Both the position numbers and the translations under genes were made by a program. 64,000 nt of DNA from Nemertoderma westbladi (taxonomy: Eukaryota > Animalia > Xenacoelomorpha), in NCBI GenBank assembly GCA_032718475.1, contig JAUCBJ010007955.1, positions 169,869 through 233,868 on the forward strand. The letters are read 5' to 3'. Positions within the stretch are counted from its first letter, which is position 1. Each line of letters opens with the position of its first letter. The notes beneath the pieces are model-generated. The model had not been told where the DNA came from. It made no database searches and saw only the letters and a list, made by a program, of their open reading frames with translations. Positions 11,152 to 22,782 of this stretch are shown here, piece after piece.

Positions 11152-11784
11152 ATGACAATACTGGGGCAGCTTGAGTCTATAGATAAGATCATTTTTTCAA
11201 ATATATTATTCATTGTTACCTTTCTTTTCGGAATTTTTTTAGGTAAAATACGCCGTAATAAAAAAATGTTTCCAATAATACAAGCTGAAAATAGTTACCG
11301 CGGTCCTAATTCAATTATTCCAATTAAAATTGAATTGTTAAGCACGGCAGCTCGGGCACCTGTATGCGGTTCATATAGTCCAGCTGGGATTGACATATAT
11401 AGCGCCGTGAATAGAACAATAGAGCCGCACTCACGAATGTTAATTGAGACGGGTGTTAAAATATATTTACCCGCCAATTATTTTGGAAGAATTACACTGA
11501 CTTTTAGCTTGACAAAAATTGGCATTGATGTTGCAGAATGTGCGGTCGATTCCAGTGTCGCGCGCGGTAATATAGATCAACTTGTAATTATATTGATTAA
11601 CAACACATCTAAGGAATACGTTGTAACATCGGGCAATAAAATATGCCAGCTTATATGCCAACAATGTAATGCGGCAATACTCTACGTTTCTAATATTTAT
11701 TCGGATGATTATTTTGGGCTTTTACCGACGAATTTAACGCCGTATGGGGAAGAGATTAATTCAGCATTTCACCGCACATATTAA
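11152..11784 (+). CDS. dUTPase-like protein with N-terminal TM segment and degenerate catalytic motifs
   Basis: Motif I AGIDI, IETGVKIYLP..YFGRI and motif IV GNKICQL are present. Motif II (RSG) and motif III (GVIDxDYRG) are degenerate; motif V is absent. Confidence 0.82.
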   Translation: MTILGQLESIDKIIFSNILFIVTFLFGIFLGKIRRNKKMFPIIQAENSYRGPNSIIPIKIELLSTAARAPVCGSYSPAGIDIYSAVNRTIEPHSRMLIETGVKIYLPANYFGRITLTFSLTKIGIDVAECAVDSSVARGNIDQLVIILINNTSKEYVVTSGNKICQLICQQCNAAILYVSNIYSDDYFGLLPTNLTPYGEEINSAFHRTY

Positions 11785-12081
11785 ATATGTGACATTAAAC
11801 GCATAACACCAAACTCGGGTGGTGACACATGTCAATACTATTTCAATACTCTTACACGCGATTATACAACATAGTTAATAGAGCATATAAATAGGATAAT
11901 TGTCAGTTCAGTAAATTTTGGTTGGTTAAACGGTTTCTAGCGCGGGTGGCTGGTTGACTGGGTATTGGATATATTTATCTACATAAAATCTGCCGCATCT
12001 CTTTCATCGGCATATTGTAAATATGTTTTCTGTACCTACGTTAATAAATATATTATAATCGTAATAATAATAATAATTATA

Positions 12082-15000
12082 ATGATGGAGATTAATTGCA
12101 TTTTTTGCGGTTGTACTATACTTAAGAAAAATTATTTACGGCATTTACGCACATTTCGATGGGTATGTTTGCGATAATTGTAATTGCCGAACTACTTCTG
12201 AAAGAATAGCAATATTTCACAGTAATAGATGTTGCGGGTTGTCTCGCCCGAATTACATCTACCGTGGTTACACGCTATCCTGCCCGACATGCTCTGATGA
12301 TTTTGAAAACTTCGATTCATATATCGAACATAGTTGCCATCAAAACCATTACAATTCCCGCAAACGCAAACATAACCAAAAACAATCAGAACCGACATTT
12401 CAATCGGATCTCAACGTTGGTTCGCCTGTAAGCATTACAAACAGCTCAGATACACCCAACGAAGGTTTTCATCTCTCAAAAACATGTCACGAATCACGCG
12501 TTCAGGAATATACTCATAATGTACCATCTAATGAGATGTATCCGGATGTGCCGAATTATTTAAATTATATGGGGATATATGCTTCGCGCGCTTTTAACAC
12601 GGCTGCATCGGCTTTCATTGATATGTTTTATAAAGTGTGGGTGATTGCTTCGGTGATAATGGAACGTGATGATGCTAATTATACTCTACAAGAAGAATTC
12701 CATTTTACTTCGATCGGTACAGATAATTATATTGAAAATAGCTCGGATTTTGACGAATGGTACTACACAGTCATTTCCCATATCGGTCCATTCCCCCATC
12801 GGTTATTATAATGGTGATAAAATTTTCAATAGTTCAACTAAAAAATTGATGTTAACCCAATTTGATAAGTATGAGTACGGTGTGCATCTAAAATTATTGC
12901 GCTTTTATATTCATCATGGTATACGCTTGATTAAAGTTCATAAACTTATTAGATTTAAGCAAGGTTACATTTTTAAGGAGTTTATTGAATATAACACCCA
13001 GCAAAGAAAAATAGCAAGCGATGATGACTTTTATGATAAGTTTCACAAAGGAACAAATAACGCGCTTTTCGGGAAAAGCATGGAGAATATACGGGACCGT
13101 GTCTCATTTCGCTTATGTAATTCAATCGAGAAATGTGACTTATTATTATCCAAGCCGAATCACGAAAATTTAATTATGTTCACTGATTCATTATCAGGTC
13201 ACGTCCTATCTAAGACTGCGGTTTGTTTGCATAAACCTATTTTTTTAGGCCAAGCTGTATTGGACCTGTCGAAGTTAGATTATTACAGTTTCTTCTACGA
13301 GAAATTAAAGCCCCTGGAAGCCGAATTAAATTGTAGTATAAATTTGTTAGGTGGGGACACGGATTCTTTTTTTTTACAGTGTGTTGGTTTATCCCAACAC
13401 CAATTTTTATCTGCGTTACAATTAAAAAAAGTTTTAGACTGTTCAAATTATCCTATTACACATCCGTTGTATACAGTAGAACAGAAAGGGAAATATAGAT
13501 ATTTAAAGGATGAAGGGAAGTCTATCCCGTTTGACCAGGTTATTTTACTTAGACCAAAATGTTATAGCTTTCGTGGGGGGTCAGTTCCAAAACGTGTCGC
13601 TAAAGGCGTAGGAAAAATGGTTATAAAAAAGAAACTCTCCCACGAATCATATTTAAAAGTATATAACGACGTAGGGTGGTCCTTATTTCAATGTAAAATT
13701 TAAAAGTTGTGGAAATTCACCCCTGACCCCCCCAAGTCCTTTCTTCTGATAAAAAAACACCTTGAGTAAAATTTGAGCACAAATGATATATATTTAGAAG
13801 TAGCTCAAACACCCTGAAGTTGAGCGTTTGGACACCGTTTGATCGCGCGCGAAGAATATAATAGATTTGCTGATATGAAGGCTTCTGTTGGTCGTACATA
13901 GTTAATTTTAGGCTTAATCGAACCGCAATCATCGATTTAGTGAGTGTAGATACCTTCAAAACAAGTGCTAAGCTAGTAGTTCTTGAGATATCACACAAAA
14001 GCTTAAGCCCGGCAGAACTCATCAATCTATCATTCAATTGATTGCGCCAAGGACATATTGAAATATTGGCATTAACATTCTGTAGGTCTTCTACCTCCCC
14101 CTCCCTGCATCTTATTTCAGTTAAACTCTATTTTAGCATTGTCTAACCATTCAAAGCTATGTTTAGTAAAAACATTTCATCACAAACCAATGGGAAATGC
14201 TTGCACGAGCATCACTAATTTGTGCCTAAGCGCCATTTGGTACGATATCAATAATTGGCCTCAAAACTTAACTTTTGGTTAATTATATCTAGGAACTGTT
14301 CATTTAATTTGATTTTGACTGATTTTAAGGTGCAGAGCCCAAAAATCTCATCTGATTTGTATTTTAAAATGATATAGTGCACGATATACAACAATACCAT
14401 ATTGTACTTCAAAGCATATTAAAAGGATTGATAGATACAGTGATATGTGCATCAAGCGACCATAAGAGTACTATATGGGAAGCTTTGAACATATGCATTA
14501 TACATAATTAGACAATGCTGATTTCAAATCTGATTTCACATTTGCCCTGCCCCATCAAGTTTTCTCACAATTGCCAATTTGAATTCAAAAAACTTATCGC
14601 AAACGACTATGATGAGTGATGTAGATGATTCAAATGAGAATCAAATATGCTCAAAATCAATCTAAAACATTGAATGGAGCTTTGTTTATATGAATTATAT
14701 ATAACTAAAACAATGCTGATTCCAAATCGGCTTTCAGATTTGCCATGCTGCCATAGCATATCAAGTTTTTTCACAATTGCCAATTTGAGTTCAAATTACT
14801 TATTGCGAACAACTGTGATGAGTGAAGTAGATTCAATAATAATCAAATAGGCTCCAAATCAATATAAAACATGGAAAAGAGCTTTGTTAATTTGAGTTAT
14901 ATATTAAACAATACAATCTATATGGTGAATCTGCTATCAGATTTACCATAGCATATGTTGTAGATTGATTTGGAGGCATATTTTATTATTATTGAATCTA

Positions 15001-16347
15001 CTTTCACTCCATAACAATTGTTTGCGATAAGTAATTTGAATTCATATTGGCAATTGTGAAAAAACTTGATATCATATGGCAGTATGGCAAATCTGAAAGC
15101 AGATTTGGAATCAGCATTGTTTAATTATATATAATTCATATAAAGCAAAGCTCCATTCAATGTTTTAGATTGATTTTTAGCATATTTGATTCTTATTTGA
15201 ATCTACGCCACTCATCACAGTCGTTTGCAATAAGTTTTTAAACTCAAAGTGGCAATTGTGAAAAAACTTGATGTGGTAGGGCAAATGTGAAATCAGATTT
15301 GAAATCAGCATTGTCTATTTATGTATAATGCATATGTTCAAAGCTTCCCATATAGTACTCTTATGGTCGCTTGATGCACATATCTCTGTATCTATCAATC
15401 CTTTTAATATGTTTTGAAGTACAATATGGTATTGTTGTATATCATGCACTATATCATTTTAAAATACAAATCAGATGAGATTTTTGGGTTCTGCACCTTA
15501 AAATCAGTCAAAATCAAATTAAACTAACAGTCCCCAGATATAATTAACCAAAAGTTAAGTTTTGAGGCCAATTATTTATATCGTACCAAATGGCGCTTAG
15601 GGACTAATGGGTGATGCTCGTGCAAGCATTTCCCATGGGTTTGTGATTAATTTTTTTTTACTAAACATAGCTTTGAATGGTTGGGCAATGCTGAAATCGA
15701 GATAAATTTAAATAAGACTTAGGGAAGTAGACCTAAAAAATGTTAATGCCAATATTTCAATATGTCCTTGGCGTAATCAACTGAATGATCGATTGATGAG
15801 TTGTGCCGGGCATAAGCTTTTGTGTGATATCTCAAAAACTACTAGCTTAGCACTTGTTTTGAAGGTATCTACACCCACTAAATCGATGATTGCGGTTCAA
15901 ATAAGCCTAAAATTAACTCTGTACGACCAACAGAAGCCTTCATATCAGCAAACTCTATTATATTCGGCAATCAATCGGTGACCAGACGCTCAACTTCAGT
16001 GTGTTTGAGCTACCTCTAATATTTGATGTACATGCTTAAAATTTCGCGTGTCGTATTTTTTGACGATATGGAAACATTTGAGGGGGTCAGAGATGATAAA
16101 TTCCAACCTTTCAAAATAAGGACCACCCTAAAACGAGGTTAGCGAGCATTACGAATACAGTCAAAGGTTTCAATCTAATTTACATAAAATATACACCGTT
16201 TCACAAAGAAAAAAATCGCTAACACTGTGGGAAGATAAAAGATACTACACATCGACTAATGAAAGTCTACCTTTCGGCCATTATAAAACACATTTGGATC
16301 GTAAAGCGCCTGCCCCTAAGCTTTATATACCGCCCATTATAGAATAG
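12082..16347 (+). pseudogene. Protein-primed family B DNA polymerase (frameshifted, internally deleted, interrupted by a foldback element)
   Basis: N-terminal C2H2-like fingers, then KGTNNALFGKSMEN (motif B), GQAVLDLSK, GGDTDS (motif C), LRPKCY and AKGV. The C-terminus resumes at 16132 (FQSNLHKIYTV...WEDKRY...LPFGHY; stop 16345-16347). The exonuclease region and motif A are lost near 12790. Confidence 0.92.
13674..16128. mobile_element. Non-autonomous foldback DNA transposon with about 1.2-kb inverted arms
   Basis: Termini GGGTGGTCCTTATTT...AAATAAGGACCACCC, each flanked by TA. The arms are reverse complements around about 14870-14957, with internal subrepeats of about 190 bp. Confidence 0.9.
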
Positions 16348-16356
16348 CGGATTGCG

Positions 16357-16889
16357 ATGTCTTTTAGTGTTGTCAACAGTAATATAAGTTTGAGGTTGGT
16401 TGATGGGTGCATATCATTCGATGTGCTGGCTAAACGAATTCGAAATGGAAAACTCATCTTAAAGCCTTTTCAATATATCACCAAAATTTGCGGATGGACG
16501 ACGTGTCTCTTTTTCCCGAGCGGTAAGGTCACTGTACTCGGTAAATCGCCTAAAATAAAAAAAATTATTAAGTATATATATAAGCATACTGATTATAAAC
16601 TAACTTTTATTTCAATCAATAGCCAAACTTATATTATTAACAATCTAGACATAGACTATAGGAAATTAATGAAAACGGTCGGGTTTCATTTTTTAGATAA
16701 TTATTATAATGTGGAGGTGAAATATGAGCCGGAGATATTTAATAATATTCTTGCGCAGTTTCATCGTCGGGGTAAAACTAGTTCTAATATCATAACATTT
16801 TGCGTTTTTTACACACGAAATGTTGTGTGTATGGCAAGACCCGGGATATTTTGAGTATTTTTTCCAAAGTTTTTGAATTTTATTGGTAA
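16357..16889 (+). CDS. TATA-box-binding-protein (TBP)-like protein, probable frameshift near the C-terminus
   Basis: Two TBP-like repeats: SVVN...TCLFFPSGKVTVLG and KYEPEIF...FCVFYTRNVVC. Shifting frame at about 16833 gives GKTRDILSIFSKVFEFYW*, like the TBP C-terminal helix. Confidence 0.82.
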
Positions 16890-17353
16890 TTTAGATAGTC
16901 ATTTAGGTAGAAATATTTAATTTTTTCATTTCTGGTGCCAGTTTTAGGTTTGTCCGGCGGGATCTCGTTAGGTTTTTAAATAAACTATTACTATTACTTT
17001 AAATATTACTATTATTCACATTATATATAACGTGTTTTATCGGTAGTCTTAGGTTGTCAAGGGCGTCAATTTCATTTCTGATGTCGGTTTATATTTACAT
17101 AAATCTAGTCTATCTGTCTATTTGTCGGTCTTTCTGTCAGTCAGTATGTCAAAATTAATTCATTGTTCGCGTTATATAATGTATTTTATTAATTATCGAT
17201 GTTAGGTTTTAAAGAGTGCTGGTTTCTATAATTGCTCGGTTTTATCGCGTGAAAAACCCCACCCACGCATATACTCGATACTATTTATAACGGTGGCGGT
17301 GTTTTATTACTTACTATTATTGTTCTCGTTTATATAAGTTATTAATATATGTA

Positions 17354-17815
17354 ATGAAATCACTCAAAGCTTTAATTAAACAATTTGACGGGGATTTAAA
17401 GTTCTTATCTAACGCCTCCCTTAACCGTAGAAAAACCTTCTTACGCGTCGGTGGAACCGATGAACTTATAAGTTTTCCAATTAATATTATTCTAAATGTA
17501 TTAAATGGTAACGTCAAAATTCCTGAGCAAACAATCGCGAGGTTAAAACGCCATAAAAAAACAATACGCGAGATCGCTAAAAAACCAAAAGCCAAGTATC
17601 CTATTCGAATTTACCGTAAACGATTGGTGCAAAGGGGCGGATTTATAAATCTACTAATCTCTGGTTTAATGAGTGGGCTTAACGCTTATCAGAAAATATC
17701 ACCCATAATAACGGCTGTAAGAGGCAGAAAATTAGCCCAATCCCGCTGGGGGTATAGACCTAGTACCTCTGGTACACGCGTCAACCGTCAAGTTTCTAGG
17801 TTTCCCATCTACTGA
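17354..17815 (+). CDS. Basic virion core-like protein with an adenain cleavage-type motif
   Basis: LKRHKKTIRE and LVQRGG/FINLLISGLMSGL (amphipathic segment); position upstream of the ATPase is typical of Polintons. Confidence 0.72.
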   Translation: MKSLKALIKQFDGDLKFLSNASLNRRKTFLRVGGTDELISFPINIILNVLNGNVKIPEQTIARLKRHKKTIREIAKKPKAKYPIRIYRKRLVQRGGFINLLISGLMSGLNAYQKISPIITAVRGRKLAQSRWGYRPSTSGTRVNRQVSRFPIY

Positions 17816-17832
17816 GTGGCTACCTATCAACA

Positions 17833-18543
17833 ATGTCCCGAGAGCCGACGATATCGCAGGAACCAATCACATCATACGACGCCTCTTTCAAGATGGGTTC
17901 GGCCATGATTATTGCGGGTCCAAGTTCTTCCGGAAAAACAGTGCTGGTATCAAAAATTGTAAAAAATAAAAATTTAGTTTTTGATATAACCCCGAAGCGT
18001 GTATTATTCTTTTATGGCGCCACCCCACCCGAATTCCCAGGTATAACACATCTATTCAAAGGTTTACCGCAAAAAATTAATTCTATTTTCCGCGAAAACG
18101 ATCTAATTATTATAGACGACTTGTTAAGCGAAAGTAAGAGTGATTAGAGTTTGACAGAAAGCTTCACAAAAACCTGCCATCATACTTCCTGTTTCATTAT
18201 CTATATAACACAAAATTTTTTCAGTAAAGGGGCGGAAACACGGACTAGAAGTCTAAATGCCCAATATTGTATTTTCACAAAAAATCCCCGCAACGCAAGT
18301 CAAATAAGTTATATAGCGCGGCAAGTGTACCCAAAAAATAGCAATTTTATTGTTCAAGCATATAGTGACGCCACGCAAAAACCATTCACACACCTTCTCT
18401 TAGACTTTCATCAAAAAACGGATGATAGTATAAGAGTTAGGGGTGATATTTTCAACCCATTAGGGCAAACTGTTTATGAACCCACGAACACGAACTCTAA
18501 CACACCTCACCAACGCCCTGAGGCTCAGTCTATACCGCAGTAG
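17833..18543 (+). pseudogene. FtsK/A32-like DNA-packaging ATPase, internal TAG at 18145-18147
   Basis: Walker A GPSSSGKT, Walker B LIIIDDL, then FTKTCHH..FIIYITQNFF and RTRSLNAQY. Confidence 0.93.
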
Positions 18544-18665
18544 CGACGCCGCGCAAAAACCATTTTCAAACCTTGTTTTAGACTTTCACCAAAATTAGGT
18601 TATTATCGGTCCATTAACGTGAACTCTAGTATATAGTATTAATATATTAATAATGATATATAACG

Positions 18666-19124
18666 ATGAAAAATAATGAGATTAGCCTCGGAAATTTTAA
18701 GAAGTTGTATCTAGTTTCTACTTTATTAACGGATACTTATAATAATAATAAGAAAATCAATAATATAATACAACCGCTAGATGGTGTGGCAATTTCATCC
18801 CAGAAAGCCAAACGATTGTTAAGTTATTTGATGCGATTCTCGCGAGACAGAGTACGGTGGAGTGATAATAATAAACTCTATATAGAAAATAAACTTATAC
18901 CCGGAGCGAATATTGATCATTTGATTGAATTGCTGACTACAAAAAAAAATAAGAAAAACACCAAAATAATTCCAGGACAAACAACATTTTTGGGGTTATT
19001 AAAACGATTAAGGATACCAAAACGATTAATTGGTCGCGGTTGGTTGAAACGACAAAGGGTCCGCGTGACCCCCTCCAACGCAAAACGCGTCGACGCGTGG
19101 AAACAATACGTAGGACTACAATAA
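18666..19124 (+). CDS. Conserved Polinton protein (probably PZ-like)
   Basis: AKRLL...WSDNNKLYI...IPGANIDHLI...PGQTTFL..L.IP..LIG pattern, located just upstream of the integrase. Confidence 0.6.
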   Translation: MKNNEISLGNFKKLYLVSTLLTDTYNNNKKINNIIQPLDGVAISSQKAKRLLSYLMRFSRDRVRWSDNNKLYIENKLIPGANIDHLIELLTTKKNKKNTKIIPGQTTFLGLLKRLRIPKRLIGRGWLKRQRVRVTPSNAKRVDAWKQYVGLQ

Positions 19125-19242
19125 ATCGACGTGCGGAAACAAAACGCGGGATAACATTAAAATAGTAGTATGTTTTTTGAACGTTTCATATTAAGTATTA
19201 ACTGTCATTGCAAGTGTTTTCTACCGCGACTCGACACAACCG

Positions 19243-20328
19243 ATGGGGAGAATCGTAGAAAATCGAACAAACAAATGACTGGGAAGAATATATTACGATG
19301 TTTCAAATGCTGCCGGTTTCGCGAGCGTAACCAAACTAGCGAAAGCCGCTAAAGTTACGAGAAATCGCGCAAAGGAGTGGTTGAGCTCCCAACGAACGTA
19401 TTCCCTACACGCGCCGGCTAGGCGCCATTACCCGACATCAAAAATTTTCACGGGAGGCATTGGAGATCTGTATCAGGCGGACCTATGCGATATGCAACCC
19501 TTTAGGGTGGAGAATAATGGTTATGGTTACATAATTACTTGTATCGATTGCTTTAGTCGCAAGGTGTGGGCACTAGGGTTAAAACGTAAAACCGGTGTCG
19601 AAATTAAACGCGCCCTAACCACAATATTCAAAGAAAGAAAGCCTAAAAGACTAGCGGTTGATCAGGGTACTGAGTTTGTAAATAAATTAGTGAAAGAATT
19701 CTTACAGAATAATAATGTTAATTTTTATACATTAGTTAGCCAATTTAAAGCTAGCATCTGTGAGAGGCTGAACTGCACACTTAAGTCGAAAATGTATAAA
19801 GTGTTCACAAGGTGGCAAAATAGGAAATGGATCGACATATTACCGAAGCTGGTAATTTCATATAATAATTCAATACATAGAACCATCGGTATGGTGCCAA
19901 ACTCAGTCAATAAAAATAATGAAACTGACTTATTTTTAAAACTATATGGCAGTGTGCGCCATCCCAATAAAAAGAAACGCCGCAAACAGCGTCGAGTTCA
20001 TTTCAAGGTTGGCGATAAGGTGCGGCTGAGTTTAGCTAGAAAGCCATTTGACAAAGGTTATACACCTAATTATACAGTAGAAATTTTCGAAATTTACAGA
20101 ATAAGATTGGATCGAGAGCCGTACCCTATGTACGAAGTTGTGGACTCGAATGGGCACGTTATAAAGGGGACATTTTATCGACATGAAATCCAAAAGGTAA
20201 TAGAACCATTTAAATTCCTACCAATTGAAAAAATAATTAAAGAAAAAGTAAATAAAAGCGGCAAAAAGCAATATTTGGTTAAATTTGTTGGTTTTGCGAC
20301 ACATCGATAGGTTGATCACGTACAATAA
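19243..20328 (+). pseudogene. Retroviral-like (rve) integrase with C-terminal chromodomain
   Basis: DDE triad QADLCD / VDQGTEF / CERLN. Also IYYDVSNAAGF, FKVGDKVR, FDKGY and chromodomain IEKII...YLVKFVGF. In-frame stops at 19276-19278 and 20308-20310. Confidence 0.95.
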
Positions 20329-20342
20329 TTAATTATATTATT

Positions 20343-21192
20343 ATGGATTACTTACATTTAACGTTGACTTCCGACGCCAGTCTAGATAAATATCCCGATA
20401 ACACTCCCAGCGATTTCACGATTGAGTTGTCCAAACCTATCCCCGTCAGCACAGAGTGGGTCGCGGGTCTAAAGCAAATACAGTATGTGTCGACCTATAG
20501 AAATATTGAACAAAGATCTGGAATTAGAATTGGGGAATATATGTATGATGAGGATTTGGAATTTCATATAGCTCCATACAATCTTATAGAAATCGATTTT
20601 AATCTTGGGCTATATGCTTCTATTGAGTCAATTTTAAACCATATTAGTGTTTATTTGAAAAATCCCTCAATATCCCACCACGGTTTCAAAGATGTTAAGT
20701 TTAACTACCAAAAACATATATCAAAAATTCATCTACATTGTAAGAAAGGTCGCTATCGAGTCGAGTTTAAAAAATAATTTAATGGGTCTTGGGGCGCTTT
20801 GGGCAATACACTACAACGAAGATGATGGTTTATTGAACTTAGGCTGTAAGGATACAAATAAAATGGATGGAGTTGAATTCCCCGAACCTTGCGATATAAC
20901 GAGGGATAGACACATAATGTTTATATATACAGATATGATTGAATCTTCTCACGTAGGACATTCAATGGCGCCTCTTTTGCGGATAATCCCCTTGAAATGG
21001 GAACCATACTCATTCATCAACCAGGAATTCAAAAACACACATTACAAACAATTAAGAAATAAAAAAGTGCTCGATACAATTAGTATAACGCTTCGCGACC
21101 ATAAAGGAAAGCATATAGTCTTTCATGGAGGTAAAACAATTTTAGTTCTAGAACTCAAAAAACAACAACGGCGACAAAAACTACAAGAATGA
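20343..21192 (+). pseudogene. Minor capsid protein (penton) 1, frameshifted near 20770
   Basis: LTLTSDAS..YPDNTPSDFTIEL..PI...EWVAGL; MFIYTDMIE...VG...APLLR; ISITLRD..G. Confidence 0.88.
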
Positions 21193-21992
21193 ACAGTTAT
21201 TACGTTGTACTACCCTCAAACGCAAACCCCATAGAATTCCCACGTAATAGCGCCAGCGATTTCCAAACAAATTTGCAAATTCCTTTACCTTTCGCTAGAG
21301 GGCAATGGTTAGTAGGTTTAACCGGTATAACGTACGTATCAAGTATCAGGTATGACAATAGCGACATTTATATAAAGGCCATAAAAAATAAAAAAATATT
21401 TACAAGAGATGTTACTCTCCCCGAAGGATCTTTCCTATCATTGGAAAGGATCATTGAGTACTTCAACAAAAGCCTTATTAAAGGCCAAATTAATATAATT
21501 GATAATAGAGCACGCTCTGGTAATATAACCATACATTTTAAAGGTAAACAGTTGTAGATATTTGTCAGTAAACGTTTGGGTGGTTACCTAGGATTAACAG
21601 AACACGAGGTTGATGGCAAAGGTTTTATGTGTGTACAAAATGCTGTAGGGGATTATCACTTGCTAAGGATTGATTCACGGAATAATAAGTACAACTGCCG
21701 TAAGCATCCTGATGCTGTCGAAATACTGGAACCCAACATAAATATACATATCAATTGCGTCAAACCTCAATTTGTAGACAATAGCGAATACCCTCTGTTG
21801 CGTAGCATACCCATAGAAGGGGAATATGGGCAAATTATTAGTCGAGAAGTTGAGGAAGTCTACTATAAAAAAGTTAATTTAACATCTAATTTACGTTATA
21901 TACGAGTTCGGTTGATTGGAGATTCAGGAAATTTGGTGCGCTTTCATTATGGAAATTCAATATTGACGCTTCATTTTATACGAATTGATTGA
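21189..21992 (+). pseudogene. Minor capsid protein (penton) 2, internal TAG at 21555-21557
   Basis: YVVLPSNAN..FPRNSASDF...QWLVGL; PLLRSIP...YYKKV...IRVRL...LTLHF. The two ORFs are in frame. Confidence 0.88.
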
Positions 21993-22066
21993 GATAGTCA
22001 CAATTTAATCGATGTAAATTATTTATTATTTATTATTATCTGATTATCTGAAGTAATAGCGACTAT

Positions 22067-22660
22067 ATGGGTAAATTTCTAAGTCGCAGCCGTGGGCGTG
22101 ATTATTACCCGACGCTGGAAAACCCAGGAATAATAGTAGATTTCCAATATTATACGCATCATCCGCAGATCGGCCAACACCCCGTTGCAACCATTTATTT
22201 TAAAGAGTTTGCGACTTATAATACTACCATCAAATCATTAGAAAACGTATGGTTTATTAATGGTCCACCCGCAAAAATTTTAAGTTTAAGCGAATACGAT
22301 CGTCTCACACAACTCGCCAATATTACGCATCACATTAATTTTGACTACAGATTTATGGACCAAAGCGCATTTCAAATGTACATACAGGAATGGTTACAAG
22401 AAAAAAAACGGTTGGGGTTTCAAATATTAATACGCGGAATACCGAAATTATTTATTTTAAAAAATGAATTTAATGTGAATGGAACACTTCTAGAAACGTA
22501 CGGCATAAACGAAAAATATGTCGATTATGACACCAAATGTCTTTTCCACGATTATTCGGCAATAACAAATTGTGCCTACCATTCTGATAAAGATTCTTGT
22601 TTTAATTACTGTTCTATGAAACTCGCAGTTGGTTATGGGAAATGGTTGTCATCAAATTAA
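22067..22660 (+). CDS. DEDDh/DnaQ-like (Maelstrom-like) nuclease-fold protein
   Basis: IIVDFQ...FKEFA, THHINF, ILIRG..K and a C-terminal C..H...C cluster. N-terminal MGxxxS motif. Confidence 0.55.
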   Translation: MGKFLSRSRGRDYYPTLENPGIIVDFQYYTHHPQIGQHPVATIYFKEFATYNTTIKSLENVWFINGPPAKILSLSEYDRLTQLANITHHINFDYRFMDQSAFQMYIQEWLQEKKRLGFQILIRGIPKLFILKNEFNVNGTLLETYGINEKYVDYDTKCLFHDYSAITNCAYHSDKDSCFNYCSMKLAVGYGKWLSSN

Positions 22661-22782
22661 TGTGTATATATTTATTAATTATATTTTATTATTATGTGGT
22701 ACATATATTATTTGTTGATTACACATATATGTATATAGTAAAGAATTATTATTATACATTATAATAAATACTCATAATAATA

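Noticed and set aside
13717-15981. Paired similar ORFs on opposite strands (13717-14037 and 15793-15981)
   Set aside because: They are mirror images from the palindromic arms of the foldback element and have no protein motifs.
9270-21992. In-frame stops suggesting an alternative genetic code or programmed readthrough
   Set aside because: Both TGA and TAG occur, alongside frameshifts, a deletion and insertions; this is ordinary pseudogenisation.
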